DNA of 64,000 nucleotides from Octopus vulgaris (GCA_951406725.2 OX597817.1:50716001-50780000); one strand, 5' to 3'; shown: positions 40,776 through 53,115, numbered from the stretch's first letter. Notes: a model not told the origin generated them from the sequence alone. Numbers and translations: made by a program.

Positions 40776-41673
40776 TATATTATAAAATATAAAGTTATAT
40801 CTTGAGATCGTTAGTGACAACAACGCTCAAAATATATAACAGACTGGAATAGTAGTGTTCAAATGAGCTGTATACACTTTTTAATCCGAGGGGAGGCAAT
40901 GCGAGCAGCAACTACAAGAGCACTACAAAATCCACAGAAAGATCAAACACATACCTATATTCATTTATATCTACAGAACACACATAAAATCCGACGTTTA
41001 GAAATATATAGTAATATATAAATATATAAACATCATATAAACATATATTGTACGTTCCATAAGAAATTTAGAAATAAAAATTGCAATAAAAGTTAGAGGT
41101 AATAATAACAATTGAATTAAATATAGTAATTAGTAATTAAAATAAAACTAAAGTATAGTAATTAAATCGTAATATAACAATTAAAAGAAAAAAATAGCGA
41201 TTAGTATAAAATGTATCAAGGACCTGAAGTCGACTATGTGGCTTTGCATGAATGGCAGAAATTAAAAGATGAAAAATTTAATTGAGCGCAGAAGTGAATT
41301 AGTCCTGATGGATCTGTGCGCATACCACTTACTATAGCTGCTAGATTGAATTATATGCTTATAAAGTAGCATTCAGTATCTATGAGAATTTTTGAGAGTA
41401 CGTAACGTCTGGTCTTTCGCATGTAGCAGGAATGTAATTATGCATTTGTTTCCGTGTACTATGTGTTGTGTGTAAAAAACATCGTGACGAGAGGAGGGTC
41501 AATTTTAAATATATGATATGTTTCATATTAATTGGTGCATCTCCGAAACTTTTATGTATTTTTGTAAATTTGTATATTTACCTTCTATGTATTTTTCTCT
41601 GGAATTTTAATTCTTTTTAATGTCATTGTATGTTTTATTACCCCAAATTTTTAATTTAACAAATTTATACCAA

Positions 41674-41714
41674 ACTAGCACTATGACCCGGCGTTGCCGT
41701 GTCATAATGCTAGT
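41674..41714. mobile_element. 41-bp palindrome built from a Helitron 3' end
   Basis: ACTAGCA-c-TATGAC-c-CGGC-gtt-GCCG-t-GTCATA-a-TGCTAGT. Confidence 0.7.
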
Positions 41715-41730
41715 ATATATATATAACTTT

Positions 41731-41985
41731 GTGGAGGCGCGTGGCTCAGTGGTTAGGGTGTCAGCATCATGATCGTATGATTGTCGTTTCGATTCCTGGA
41801 CCGGGCGACACGTTGTGTTCTTGAGCAAAACACTTCATTTCACGTTGCTGTAGTCCACTCAGCTGGCAATAATGAGTAACGCTGTGATGGACTGGCGTCC
41901 GGTCCTGCTGGGGGAGATATACGCCATTGAAACCGGGAAACCGGGCCCATGAGCCTGGCTAGGCTTTAAAAGGGCGCGTTTATAT
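41731..41985 (+). mobile_element. tRNA SINE, body B + V-like tail T2
   Basis: A-box tggctcagtgg, B-box gtttcgattcc, body gttcttgagcaaaacactt, tail ctgtgatggactggcgtcc..gaaaccggga. Confidence 0.8.
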
Positions 41986-42376
41986 TTATTATTATATATA
42001 ACTTTACAATAACAAAACATTTCTCCACACACACAGGTATGGCTATATCTATTTATCCATGTCGCATGTTCTGTGAATATATATTTTTTCTTCCACTCGT
42101 TTTTTATCATTAGAATTTCGGCCATGTTGTGGCACAGCCTCGAAGAATTGTTAGACGCATGTAGCGGTTCCTGTACTTAATTCTTTTTACGCTTTATACC
42201 GTTTTCTTTTGTGGAACCACTAAATTACAGGGACATAGATACACTCTGTCAAGCGGTGGTAGAACACAAACACATACACACACAATGATATATATATACA
42301 TATAAATATATATATATAGAGAGAGGAAAATAGAAGTACAATGTGAAACGTACGATAAACATGCACATTCCAAATT

Positions 42377-42547
42377 ATTTCGTCTGCCGCTACGTTCTGA
42401 GTTCAAATTCCGCCGAGGTCGACTTTGCCTTTCATCCTTTCAGAGTCGATTAAATAAGTACCAGTTATGCACCTGAGTCGATGTAATTGACTTAATCCCT
42501 TTGTTTGTCCCCTCTGTGTTTAGCTCCCTGTGGGCAATAAAGAAATA
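42377..42547 (+). mobile_element. Solo headless Nin/Deu unit
   Basis: Starts at tatttcgtctgcc and ends aagaaata, which is one array repeat unit. Confidence 0.8.
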
Positions 42548-43373
42548 TATATATTTAAACCACCTAAGGGATAGTAAACGTCGTTTCTTTCTACCAAATC
42601 CCCACCCCCCACAAGGCTCTGATGGGCTGGAGGCTAGAGTACTAGACTAGAAGACATTTTTCCAAGGTAGGGCTGAACCCGGAATCATGTCGTTGGGAAG
42701 CAAACTTCTGTACATATGCGTCTGACTAATACGCTTGTCTTACCTTAATGTACACCTGTTTATTTGGGGTAACATTTTATTTGGCAGCAGTACAACACTT
42801 GGGAATATTATATGACATCAAACGTTCTAATATAAATTACCTTTAATTTCGAACGAACATCTCCAGTGGGAAATACATATATCATTAGATATTCATTAAC
42901 TCAATTTTGAGACAAGAAGTGAGAGGTTTTTTTCTTTAATATCTTAATTATTGTATTTTACTCATTCCAACCTCGTTTCAAATGACTGACAACTGTTGTG
43001 AACATTTCTTTTATTCTTTCACAATAATATAGTTCTTTTTCTTTTATTTCCACGCTATACGATATGATTTCAAGTTCAATTAAGAGTTGGAGAAAATTAA
43101 CTGAAGTTATTGCCAAGAAAAGAGCAGAAACGAATGTGAAATATCCATTTGTTGATGGCTCATTATTGCCAACGATGTAAAAAGAGGGAAAATAAAGAAA
43201 AATAGAAAACGTATATGAGTATCCAGCTAGTCAAAAACCCCTGCAAAGCCAGTGCTAACTGGCTGTCTTGTATGTGCTTGTTCTGTTCAACCTCGAGGTC
43301 AAAGTTATGAGTATTGCCACAAATTACTGCTGTGTAAAAGCCAGTGAAAACGTGAAATATTTTAATTACAGAC

Positions 43374-44520
43374 AATGCTTAGCAGTATTTCGTCTGTCGC
43401 TACGTTCTGAGTTAAAATTCCGCCGAGGTCAATTTTGCCTTTCATCCTTTCGGGGTCGATTAAATAAGTACCAGTTACGCACTGAGGTCGATATAATCGA
43501 CTTAATCTGTTTGTCTATTCTTGTTTGTCTCCGCTCTGTGTAGCTCCTTATGGGTAATAAAGAAATAAGAAAAGTTAGTGCGCCGGCCGAAATGCTTAAC
43601 AGTACTTCGTCTGCCGATACGTTCTGAGTTCAAATTCCGCCGAGGTCGACTTTGCCTTTCATCCTTTCGGGGTCGATTAAATAAGTACCAGTTACGCACT
43701 GAGGTCGATATAATCGACTTAATCTGTTTGTCTATTCTTGTTCGTCTCCGCTCTGTTTAGCTCCTTGTGGGTAATAAAGAAATAAGAAAAGTTAGTACGC
43801 CGGTCGAAATGCTTAACAGTACTTCGTCTGCCGATACGTTCAAATCCGCCGAGGTCGACTTTGCCTTTCATCCTTTCGGGGTCGATTAAATAAGTACCAG
43901 TTACGCACTGAGGTCGATATAATCGACTTAATCTGTTTGTCTATTCTTGTTCGTCTCCGCTCTGTTTAGCTCCTTGTGGGTAATAAAGAAATAAGAAAAG
44001 TTAGTACGCCGGCCGAAATGCTTAACAGTACTTCGTCTGCCGATACGTTCAAATCCGCCGAGGTCGACTTTGCCTTTCATCCTTTCGGGGTCGATTAAAT
44101 AAGTACCAGTTACGCACTGGGGTCGATATATTCGACTTAATCCGTTTGTCTGTCCTTGTTTGTCCTTTCTGTGTTTAGCCCCTAGTGGGTAGTAAAGAAA
44201 TAGGTTTTTTGTCTGTCGTTACGTTCTGAGTTTAAATTCCACCGAATTCACTTTGCCTTTCATCCTTTCGGGGGGTCGATAAATTAAGTACCAGTTACGC
44301 ACTGGGGTCGATGTAGTGGATTCAATCCCTTTCTCTGTCCTTGTTTGTCCCCTCTATGTTTAGCCCCTTGTGAGCAGTAAAGAAATAAGAAACGTTAGCA
44401 CGCCTTTCATCCTTTCGGGGTCGATAAATTAAGTACCAGTTGCGTACTGGAGTCCATCTAATCGACTCCCCCCCCCACTCTCCCAAGATTTCCGGCCTTG
44501 TGCCTAGTGTAGAACAGTAT
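43374..44520 (+). repeat. Nin/Deu SINE array (about 6 units; periods 217, 209 and ~184 bp) ending in tail 2
   Basis: agaaataagaaaagttag at 43561, 43778 and 43987; ggt-type junction at about 44203; tail 2 at 44455-44520. Confidence 0.9.
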
Positions 44521-44804
44521 AAACCCGGGAAGGAACGCAGCATAGCGGTTAGATGTATTTTGTCGACGATTCGAATCACGGATAAATAGATGCGTTGTGT
44601 CTTTGAGTCAAATTCTCCGCCTTACGTTGCCTCAGCATATTAATATGCAAAATTGCGAAGCGGTGAGGTCTATTGCTTGTGCAGCTTTCTCTCTCTCCCT
44701 CTCTCTCTCTCCCTCAAACACACTTTCCCTCTCTCTCACGCACACTCTCTATCTCTCTGTTGTCAGATTCGAATTATTCCACTGGCTCTTAAGTGGGTGC
44801 GATC

Positions 44805-44984
44805 TTAAGTTTCGGTTGATATGCCCTCCAGCCTTCATCAGGTGTCTTGGGGAAATTTCAAACCTGGGTTCTTATTCCCAAGGTATTTTTCGTTGTTATT
44901 ATTATTATTATTATTATCATTATTCAGGTCACTGCTTTGAATCGAACTCAGAATCCTGGGGTTAGTAGCCCACGCTCTTAACCA
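44805..44984 (-). mobile_element. tRNA-headed element carrying a canonical hammerhead core
   Basis: tRNA(Ile)-like tggttaagagcgtgggctactaaccccaggattctgagttcgattc, then (AAT)n, then acac CUGAUGA a GGCUGG-loop-UCAACC GAAA C. Confidence 0.6.
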
Positions 44985-45019
44985 AATATACATAATTCAT
45001 CATCTCTTAAATATAGTAC

Positions 45020-45195
45020 TGAGACAAAGTTGTGAAAGAATACAAAAGAGTTCGCCACCACCCCTTGCCTGATACTCGTGGAGGTTTAGGTGTTTTCGCT
45101 CAATAAAACATTGAAAACTCTAGGCCTGGGATTCGAAACCGCGAACCTATGACCGCGAGTTCGCTGCCCTAATCACTGGGCCATTTCGCCTCCAC
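45020..45195 (-). mobile_element. tRNA(Arg)-like SINE head + body A fragment
   Basis: gtggaggcgaaatggcccagtgattagggcagcgaactcgcggtc..ggtttcgaatccc. Confidence 0.75.
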
Positions 45196-45896
45196 AAACT
45201 GCGATGTATGTATACTTTGTATAAAATTTATTTATGGCTTATTTATCTACACTGTTATTAAGACGCATTTGCTTCATACATTAAGATACATATAGGCCTT
45301 GTATATGTTTTAACTGACTTTGTAAATTTTACTTATATCGGTAGGTCTAAATTTGTTATTGTGTTCTACAGCTTCCTCTGTAAAGAATCTGTCTATAGAG
45401 GGTGTCTTTTTTGTAAAGTCATTATCTCATAAAGGTCTTTATTAATAAAATTCTGAAGATGTATGCACAAATATTTTATATCTAGTATTATAATCAATAC
45501 GCCAATACTTGTATATGGATATGTTGCTGGATTTGGGTACACGAATCTGCTTTAAGAGTCATTCACTGATTTCCTTAGATATTGCATAAATCCTAACGGC
45601 TCCACTAAAACACTTATTAACACAGGGATAAGTAGAAATTGATAAAGTGTATTGGAATGCATGCTTTTAGAATAAGGAGACATTACACAATATTACAATG
45701 CAGATGAGGAAGAAACCCTCGGTAAAAAGAAAAACGAGCTCCAAGTAGTAATGTCATCGTATATTATAGAATTTTTGTAGCTTTTTTTGCGTTCGTTAAT
45801 ACACCAGAACTCTCACTCTCTCTCACAGAAACACACAAACAGAAATACACATATATGTAGGGAGATAAAAAAGTAAATAGATGTACAGTTATTTTA

Positions 45897-45951
<55 letters not shown>

Positions 45952-46338
45952 TAGATGTAAGGCTACGTAGATAGATGGATAGAAAGATGGGTAGATAGAT
46001 AGATGGATGGATAGATAGATAGATGTAAGGCTAAGTAGATAGATGGATAGAAAGATGGGTAGATAGATGGATAAGTAGACACATGATATACAGATAGGTA
46101 GATGGATTGATAGATAGATAGGTAAATGGATAGATAGATAGATGAATAGATAGATAAATGGATGGATGGATAGTAACTCATGGATATGTTGCTTGTCTTG
46201 TTTTCAGTTTTCCTCCTGTTCACAAATATATAACAACATTTATCCTAACCAAACTCCAACCCTATATCTTTTGAGAATGTTGTAACAAGGTCAACTATGT
46301 ATGTATACATGTATGTATCTCTCTCTCTCTCTCTCCCC

Positions 46339-46394
<56 letters not shown>

Positions 46395-47644
46395 GGACAT
46401 TCAAGTTCCAGAGTGTCCCGAAATTTTCGTCCATTGGCACTTATGAAAGCTTGAAAAAATGCCAATGCATGAAAATCTCGAACCTCGAGTCACTCTATAA
46501 CATCCGCCAAAAGCTGATGTCTTTTAATTACCACAAGGAGCATACATGAAGGCAACATCACAAGGACATTTAACAGCTTGTGTAAGTTTTCAGGTCAGAG
46601 ATGAAGAGAAAGAATCTGAAAAGACGGTGAAATACAATAAAAGTGTATACAAAGTATATCGAAACATAATTGATAGTCCTCCTGATATACGAGAAGCTCA
46701 TACAATGGCTCCACAAGGAACCCCACATATCCAGGACACAAAGGTTCGAGCCCTCACCTAAATATTGTTCTCCTCCCTACTGCTACATGCTTATAGTTGA
46801 CCCATTCATCCTGTCTAATTTTGCTTAAATCAACCACCTTTTCACAAATTCACTGTCTGGTAGCTCCGAGTGGAAGAGCCAAATTAAAATAATTGTTAGT
46901 AATTGTTTATGAGCAAATAGAAAATTAATGAATTCTAAATTAGTCTTAGAATAACAACTGAGCGCATGAGAAAGGTGGTTGTGCATATTGTTTGTATCTG
47001 GGGTATTTTCCAAACTTTAGTATTTGCCAATTTGAAGATGTTTTTGGAGTGAAATCGGAAATGTTTGTCAATAGTATGGCATCTATCTACGGTGAAGGAT
47101 AAATCGAAATTTTCCGGCACAAACAATGCGGAATATGTATAATCGTTTATCTGTTATATAGATATGGTACGGACTAACTAGAATTGCCTTAGGCAGTACA
47201 AATAATTTACATGTAGGTCCATCATCATAGATACACACATAAACACAAAACTACTTACACATACGCACACACATACAGACACATTATATAAATCCTCAGA
47301 TTGATATATATACATGTGTACATATATTTGCTCATATTTATATGCTTTATATACACTTAATACACATGAATACTTAATAGATATATGTGTGTGTGTGCCA
47401 GTGTGTGTCAGTGTATGTACGTATGTTTCTGTGTCTCTGTATGTGGAGTTATGTGTGTGTATGTCTTTCTATGTGTATATGTTCTCTTCTGTGTTTAATT
47501 ATTTGAAGTATCTCTGCAAGGAAGTATCTGGTTTCTAACAAGGATGCAATGCTTCATCTTTGGGAAGTAAATAACAAAACCGATGGCATATAATGAATTT
47601 GAGAAATTAATAGTTATTGCCAACTATTGTTGGGTTTGGCTACT

Positions 47645-47685
47645 CCACATTGATAAAGGGCAAATAGCCCGAAGCTAGTCTGTGG
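47645..47685 (+). ncRNA. Minimal type I hammerhead ribozyme motif, U3-A8 variant
   Basis: CCACA UUGAUAA a GGGC-aaata-GCCC GAAG CUAG UC UGUGG: 5-bp stem I, 4-bp stem II, palindromic stem III, GUC triplet; A15.1 is G. Confidence 0.7.
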
Positions 47686-48387
47686 TGTGGAACCAGCAAG
47701 GGGAAGCTGATATATGTGTGTGGTGTGTGAGTGTTTGTAGGTACTCTGAAGTAAACATATTTTTAGGGAAGGTATGGCAAAGCCGATTTTGATATATTAA
47801 ACTTATATGAATTATCCTATATTATTTTCATTCTTAAACCGTATCAGATGTATTTCCCTACATAATTGTCATTTAATTTGCCATTTCTGAAATGATAAAT
47901 CACTGAACAAAATTATGCGTGATTCCTAGCGATACAAATTGTGATATTATGACTTCCCACATGTTAAAGATATACTCCTGTTTTGTCATAAATATATATG
48001 CCTACGGAAGTCCCACGTTTTTCCGTCGAGGTATTATATGCCTCCAATATTAGATTATTTTTTTAGTCAATACACGGTGATCACTTATAAGCTTATAAAT
48101 ATTATTATTATTGTTGTGGCGAGAGTACGATACCCACAGATGAGAATAGACGGGACCACGGTAGTCGGTAGTCTGGCGGTAGTCGGCGGTTTGTAGCTTG
48201 GTCTTCGAAGTCCAGGTAGAATTTACAGTTCGAGTTAGTGTGTTGGAAATATTTATTGTTGGTTCGTTATGTGTTTGTTGCTGTAGCTGTTTCTATTTTG
48301 TATTGTTATAACACTGTTACACTGTATTCTTTATCTATCGTCGACAATATCAACCGTACTACGATATTGAAAGCGTAACGATACCTT

Positions 48388-49168
48388 TTATATTTTATTT
48401 TTTACGAGTTCCAGCCTGAGGCTGAGGCCATGTTGGTGCACCGTCTTTACTGCATCGGATATCTTTCCAGTATTACTTCTGGTGAAGTAGCGAGTTGGAC
48501 ATTTCCGCTCTTCTTTGTCGCGATGTGGGCTCATCCGGTATTGCAGATAAAAACTGTCTAAACTGTCTAGACGTTTTTCGAAGACTTCTATGTTCACACT
48601 TCGCAGATCCATGATGTTCTGTGGTAGAGCATTAAAAGGTTTGATCCTTTGAAAAAGTTGTGATCCTCTGAACCCCAACCTATTACAACATCGGGTTCGT
48701 ATCCTTGATAGAGAAGATAAGACCTTTGGTAATGTGCAGTACCGTCCAGTTCGGAGATTGCTGTAGCTTTCGATTACAAAGTTAGGAGCTAGACCCTCCA
48801 TTATTTTCCCTATGTATAGCACCGCACATCTCTCACGTCTCCTCTCCAGGGAGTAGAGTCCTAGTTCCTTTAACATCTCCCTGTAGCCCATGTATTTTAC
48901 TGTGTCTGTCTTCTTTGTGTAGTGGCGCTAGATCACCTCTAGTTCCGTAATTAGTTTAACGCTCTGCGGTGACCACAGGTGGGAGCAGTGTTCCAGACGA
49001 CTGACGACAAAGGTTCTCCAAAGCAGTAGCATTGTGTCTCTGTTAATGGTCCTGAAGGAGCCCAAGATCCAACATGCCACCCGTCTGCAAAGTGTTGCCA
49101 TCTGAGCAATGTGAACATGGAATGTAGCGTCGTTGCTCATATGGATTCCTAGGTCGCGCACCGACTCT
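48388..49168 (-). mobile_element. CR1/L2-group LINE, 3' part of ORF2 (decayed reverse transcriptase C-terminus)
   Basis: RDLGIHMS..F..HI..; LWRTFVVSRLEHCSHLWSP; YREMLKELGLYSLERRRER are typical CR1-type motifs; stop at 48928. Confidence 0.9.
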
Positions 49169-49214
49169 AAAATATATTCATAATTGCTAAGGAGTATTGC
49201 CTATTGGTTTGGGT

Positions 49215-49472
49215 GTTGTGCTCGGGAGTTCGTTTCGGGGACTGAGCGGTACGTTACGTTCTTGAGCAAAATTCTTCATGTCACGTTGCTGTAGTCCATC
49301 CAGCAGTAAATTTACAAGCCTGCGACGGACTATTCTTCCGATCACGGGGAATGTTGGCCTCCTCGCCTTTTCAGGATGCGGCATCGTCCGATATCCAAAA
49401 CGGTGCAAGCGCATTGTGACCAGCGACCTATAACAACACCCGATATTCTCATCGATTACATGATCACGTGAT
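49215..49472 (+). mobile_element. tRNA SINE, body B + tail T4
   Basis: gttcttgagcaaaattcttcatgtcacgttgctgtagtcc ... atcacgtgata. Confidence 0.65.
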
Positions 49473-50299
49473 ATTGATAATTACTATACGCTGTAAACTA
49501 GTTACTTTTTCATCACATGACTTCCAATACTCTGGTGTACGTAAACGATATTGGTTTTATTAATTTTATGTGTTTGATAGATGTGTTAAGTTACTGAGAG
49601 AATTTGACTGTACATCCGTTGATAAACAAATTTATATAAATATCTTGGAATGCATCGTATCGTAACAGTTTTATTTTATGGGCGAACGGAGCATTAACTT
49701 AAGATTCGTTATTATAAAAGTGCAGTGATATAAATGCATGAACGCATATTTAGCGCCTAAGAGAGAGAGATAGAGAAATGGTTTGCTGAACGTGAGCGTA
49801 TGTGTGTGTGTGTGTTGCTGTGTGTGTGAGTGCGATCTGCCTAGTATGGTAGGTAATTTGAGCAAGATATATATATAAGCAAGTACATTCTCTCGTTATC
49901 GATATTTTATCTCGAGCAAGTGAGAAAAGCAGATACTTGTTTGATATTGAACGAGTAATATCAATCAACAGCTAATTAGTTTTTCTATGACATGGAAATA
50001 TCCACATACGTTTTATTTCTTCAAGATCGTTGTTGAATATTATATAAGCTGTATACGTTAAGAAACATGTCCTGAAATATAGAACGCTTTCGAATGGTGT
50101 AGACGCTGCTTTGTCGATAAAAATTTTGCTGCATATTCACGTGGTTTCAATTTCCGTTTCATTGCACACTACATGCACGAAACATTTTTTTTATTTACTG
50201 AAGTTCTGACCAGGCAAATACTATTTGAATGAAAGCTCATCATGTAAGGTTATCATGTGCGCGCGTGTGTGTGTGTGTGCGCGCGCGTGTGTGTTCATG

Positions 50300-50839
50300 G
50301 AGGGGGCCAGTCGATTAGATCGATCCCGGTAAACATCTGGTGTTTAATTTATCGATCCCGAAAAGATGAAAGGCAAAGTCGACCTCGGCAACATTTCAAC
50401 TCAGAACGTAGCGGCAGACGAAATAGCTATTTCTTTATTGCCCACCAGGGGCTAAACATAGTGTGGACAAACAAGGACAGACACACGGATTAAGTCGATT
50501 ATATCGACCACAGTGCGTAACTGGTACTTATTTAATCGACCCCGAAAGATGAAAGGCAAAGTCGACCTCGGCGGAATTTGAACTCAAAACGTAGCGGCAG
50601 ACGAAATACCTATTTCTTTACTACCCACAAGGGGCTAAACACAGCGAGGACAGAAGAAAAAAAAGGACAAACGGATTAAGTCGATTACATCGACCCCAGA
50701 GCGTAACTGGTACTTATTTAATCGACCCCGAAAGGATGGAAGGCAAAGTCGACCTCGGCGGAATTTGAACTCAGCGGCAGACGAAATACCGCAAAGCATT
50801 TCGCCCAGCGTGCTAACGACTCTGCCAGATCGCCGCCTT
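50300..50839 (-). mobile_element. Nin/Deu SINE trimer (head + two tail-1 units + tail-2 unit)
   Basis: Junctions gaaatagctatttc (about 50421) and gaaatacctatttc (about 50604). Confidence 0.9.
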
Positions 50840-50873
50840 GGCTTTGTATATTAATGTCTGAGCAAAAGTTTTA

Positions 50874-50905
50874 TACAGGCTGGTCTAAAAGTCACAAAAC
50901 AGTCT
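50874..50905 (+). mobile_element. Tc1/mariner-like terminus (related to 63840)
   Basis: TA|caggctggtctaaaagtcac versus TA|cagggtggcctaaaagtcac at 63840. Confidence 0.45.
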
Positions 50906-51173
50906 GGAATTTTAATATACTTCTCTTTGTTACATGTTTTTATTTGTAAATTAGAAGATATGCTGTTTTCACACCTAACGAACATATAGTTCCTGTCTAG
51001 TCTGTGCTGACAGAAAAGCAAAAGTTAAGGTAACGAACGTGAGTCTAAAAAGCTGTGAATACAAACAAAGGATTGATAACTACTAAAGGAACAATCAGGC
51101 AAGGTTTTTCTTCACCGTGGGACCTGCTAACATAGCAGACAATTCTTACTGAAACAATATTCTATGTAGGAAG

Positions 51174-51880
51174 TAGGCGAGCTAGCGGAGACGTTAGCAC
51201 GCCGGATAAAATGCTTAACGATATTTCGTCTGACGAAGGCGGTGAGCTGGCAGAAACGTTAGCACGCCGGACGAAATGCCTAGCGGTATTTTGTCTGCCG
51301 TTACGTTCTGAGTTCAAATTCCGCTGAGGTTGACTTTGCCTTTCATCCTTTCCGGGTCGATAAATTAAGTACCAGTTACGCATTGGGGTCGATGTAATCG
51401 ACTAAATACCTATGTCTGTCCTTGTTTGTCCCCTCTGTGTTTAGCCCCTTGCGGGTAACTAAGAAATAGGTATTTCGTCTGCGATTACGTTCTGAGTTCA
51501 AATTCCGCCTAGGTCGACTTTGCCTTTCATCCTTTCGGGGTCGATAAATTAAGTACCAGTTACGCACTGGGGTCGATGCAATCAACTTAATCCGTTTGTC
51601 TGTCCTTGTTTGTCTCCTCTATGTTTAGCCCCTTGTGGGTAGTTAAGAAACATATTTCGTCTGACGTTACGTTCTGTGTTCAAATTCTGCCGAGGTCGAC
51701 TTTGCCTTTCATCATTTTTATGGTCGATAAATTAAATACCAGTTACGCAGTGGGGTAGATGTAAACGACTTAATCCTTTTGTCTGTCTCCTCTATTCTTA
51801 GCCTCTTGTGGGCAGTAAAGAAATAAGAAACGTTAGCACGCCGGATAAAATGCTTAGCGATATTTCGTCTGCTGTTACGT
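51174..51880 (+). mobile_element. Nin/Deu SINE trimer nested inside the head of an older copy
   Basis: 42-bp direct repeats 51191-51232 and 51830-51871 flank a head-bearing trimer. Confidence 0.85.
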
Positions 51881-52059
51881 GTGTGTGTGTGCGTGGTGCC
51901 ATGTGTTTGTGTGTGTGATAAGAGGGCGTGTGTGTGTGTATGGGTAGTTATGGCAGTGTGTTTATGTTCGCTTTTGCCCGTGTACATAGATGAGATGGTC
52001 AGTTGTGAGTGAGTGACAGCTTGAAAGATGTCTATGCGTATATATGTTTATATATATAT

Positions 52060-52307
52060 AAAACATTGATCAGAGAACAAAGATCAAACTCGAGTCAACA
52101 ACTTTATATAGCACCACGCCTCCAAATACTTGATCATATATAAATATTACCAAGGCCTCTAACATATAAAGAATACGTTTATAAAAAACACAGAAGGGAA
52201 AAATATATACGCAAATAAAAATACAAATATATAGAGCGGGCTATCAAGAACGTATGTGCAATCGACTTAGAATTCGAATTTGATGTTTGTTCTTTGATCA
52301 ATGTTTT
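52060..52307. mobile_element. MITE-like element with ~34-bp terminal inverted repeats
   Basis: aaaacattgatcagagaacaaagatcaaactcga versus tcgaatttgatgtttgttctttgatcaatgtttt. Confidence 0.7.
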
Positions 52308-52619
52308 TAAAAAATTTTTTTTTTATCTCAGTCTCAACTACATTTAGTTTTTCTCAACTACAATCAAGATGAATCTTCCTGTTTTAGAAACTATCTCCTT
52401 CCTTACAGGAAGACTTCAAATAATTAGAGATGGAAGAGAACAAAGATAATCTATGTATATGTATGAATTTATCTATTTATATTGTACGTATTTATATAAG
52501 TATGCATGTGTGTTTATACATATACAACATATACATGTGGTAGCTTGACTAAGGCATTACGGTATATATATATATATATATATAAGCCCTCCTATAAGAA
52601 TGGTACGGCATTTAGCAGT

Positions 52620-52626
52620 GTGTATT

Positions 52627-52667
<41 letters not shown>

Positions 52668-53027
52668 GTGTATATATGTGTGTGTGTGTATATGTGTGTG
52701 TGTGTATATGTGTGTGTGTGTATATGTGTGTGTGTATATATGTGTGTGTGTATATATATGTGTGTGTGTGTATATATATGTGTGTGTGTGTGTATATATG
52801 TGTGTGTGTGTATATATGTGTGTGTGTATATATGTGTGCGTGTGTGTGTATATATGTGTGCGTGTGTGTGTATTTATATGTATGTGTGTATTTATATATG
52901 TATGTGTGTGTATTTATATATATGTGTGTGTGTATTTATATATGTGTGTGTGTATTTATATATATGTATATATATGTGTATGTATTTATATATATGTATA
53001 TATATGTGTATGTATATATATATATAT

Positions 53028-53115
<88 letters not shown>
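52620..53115. repeat. Alternating (TA)n(TG)n higher-order microsatellite
   Basis: Direct reading; source of the spurious 205-220 aa ORFs. Confidence 0.95.

Noticed and set aside
46390-46800. Possible LINE ORF2 fragment
   Set aside because: Composition is coding-like but I could not identify a diagnostic motif.
48112-48365. Possible solo LTR
   Set aside because: It starts with TG but has no clear CA end, target duplication or second copy.
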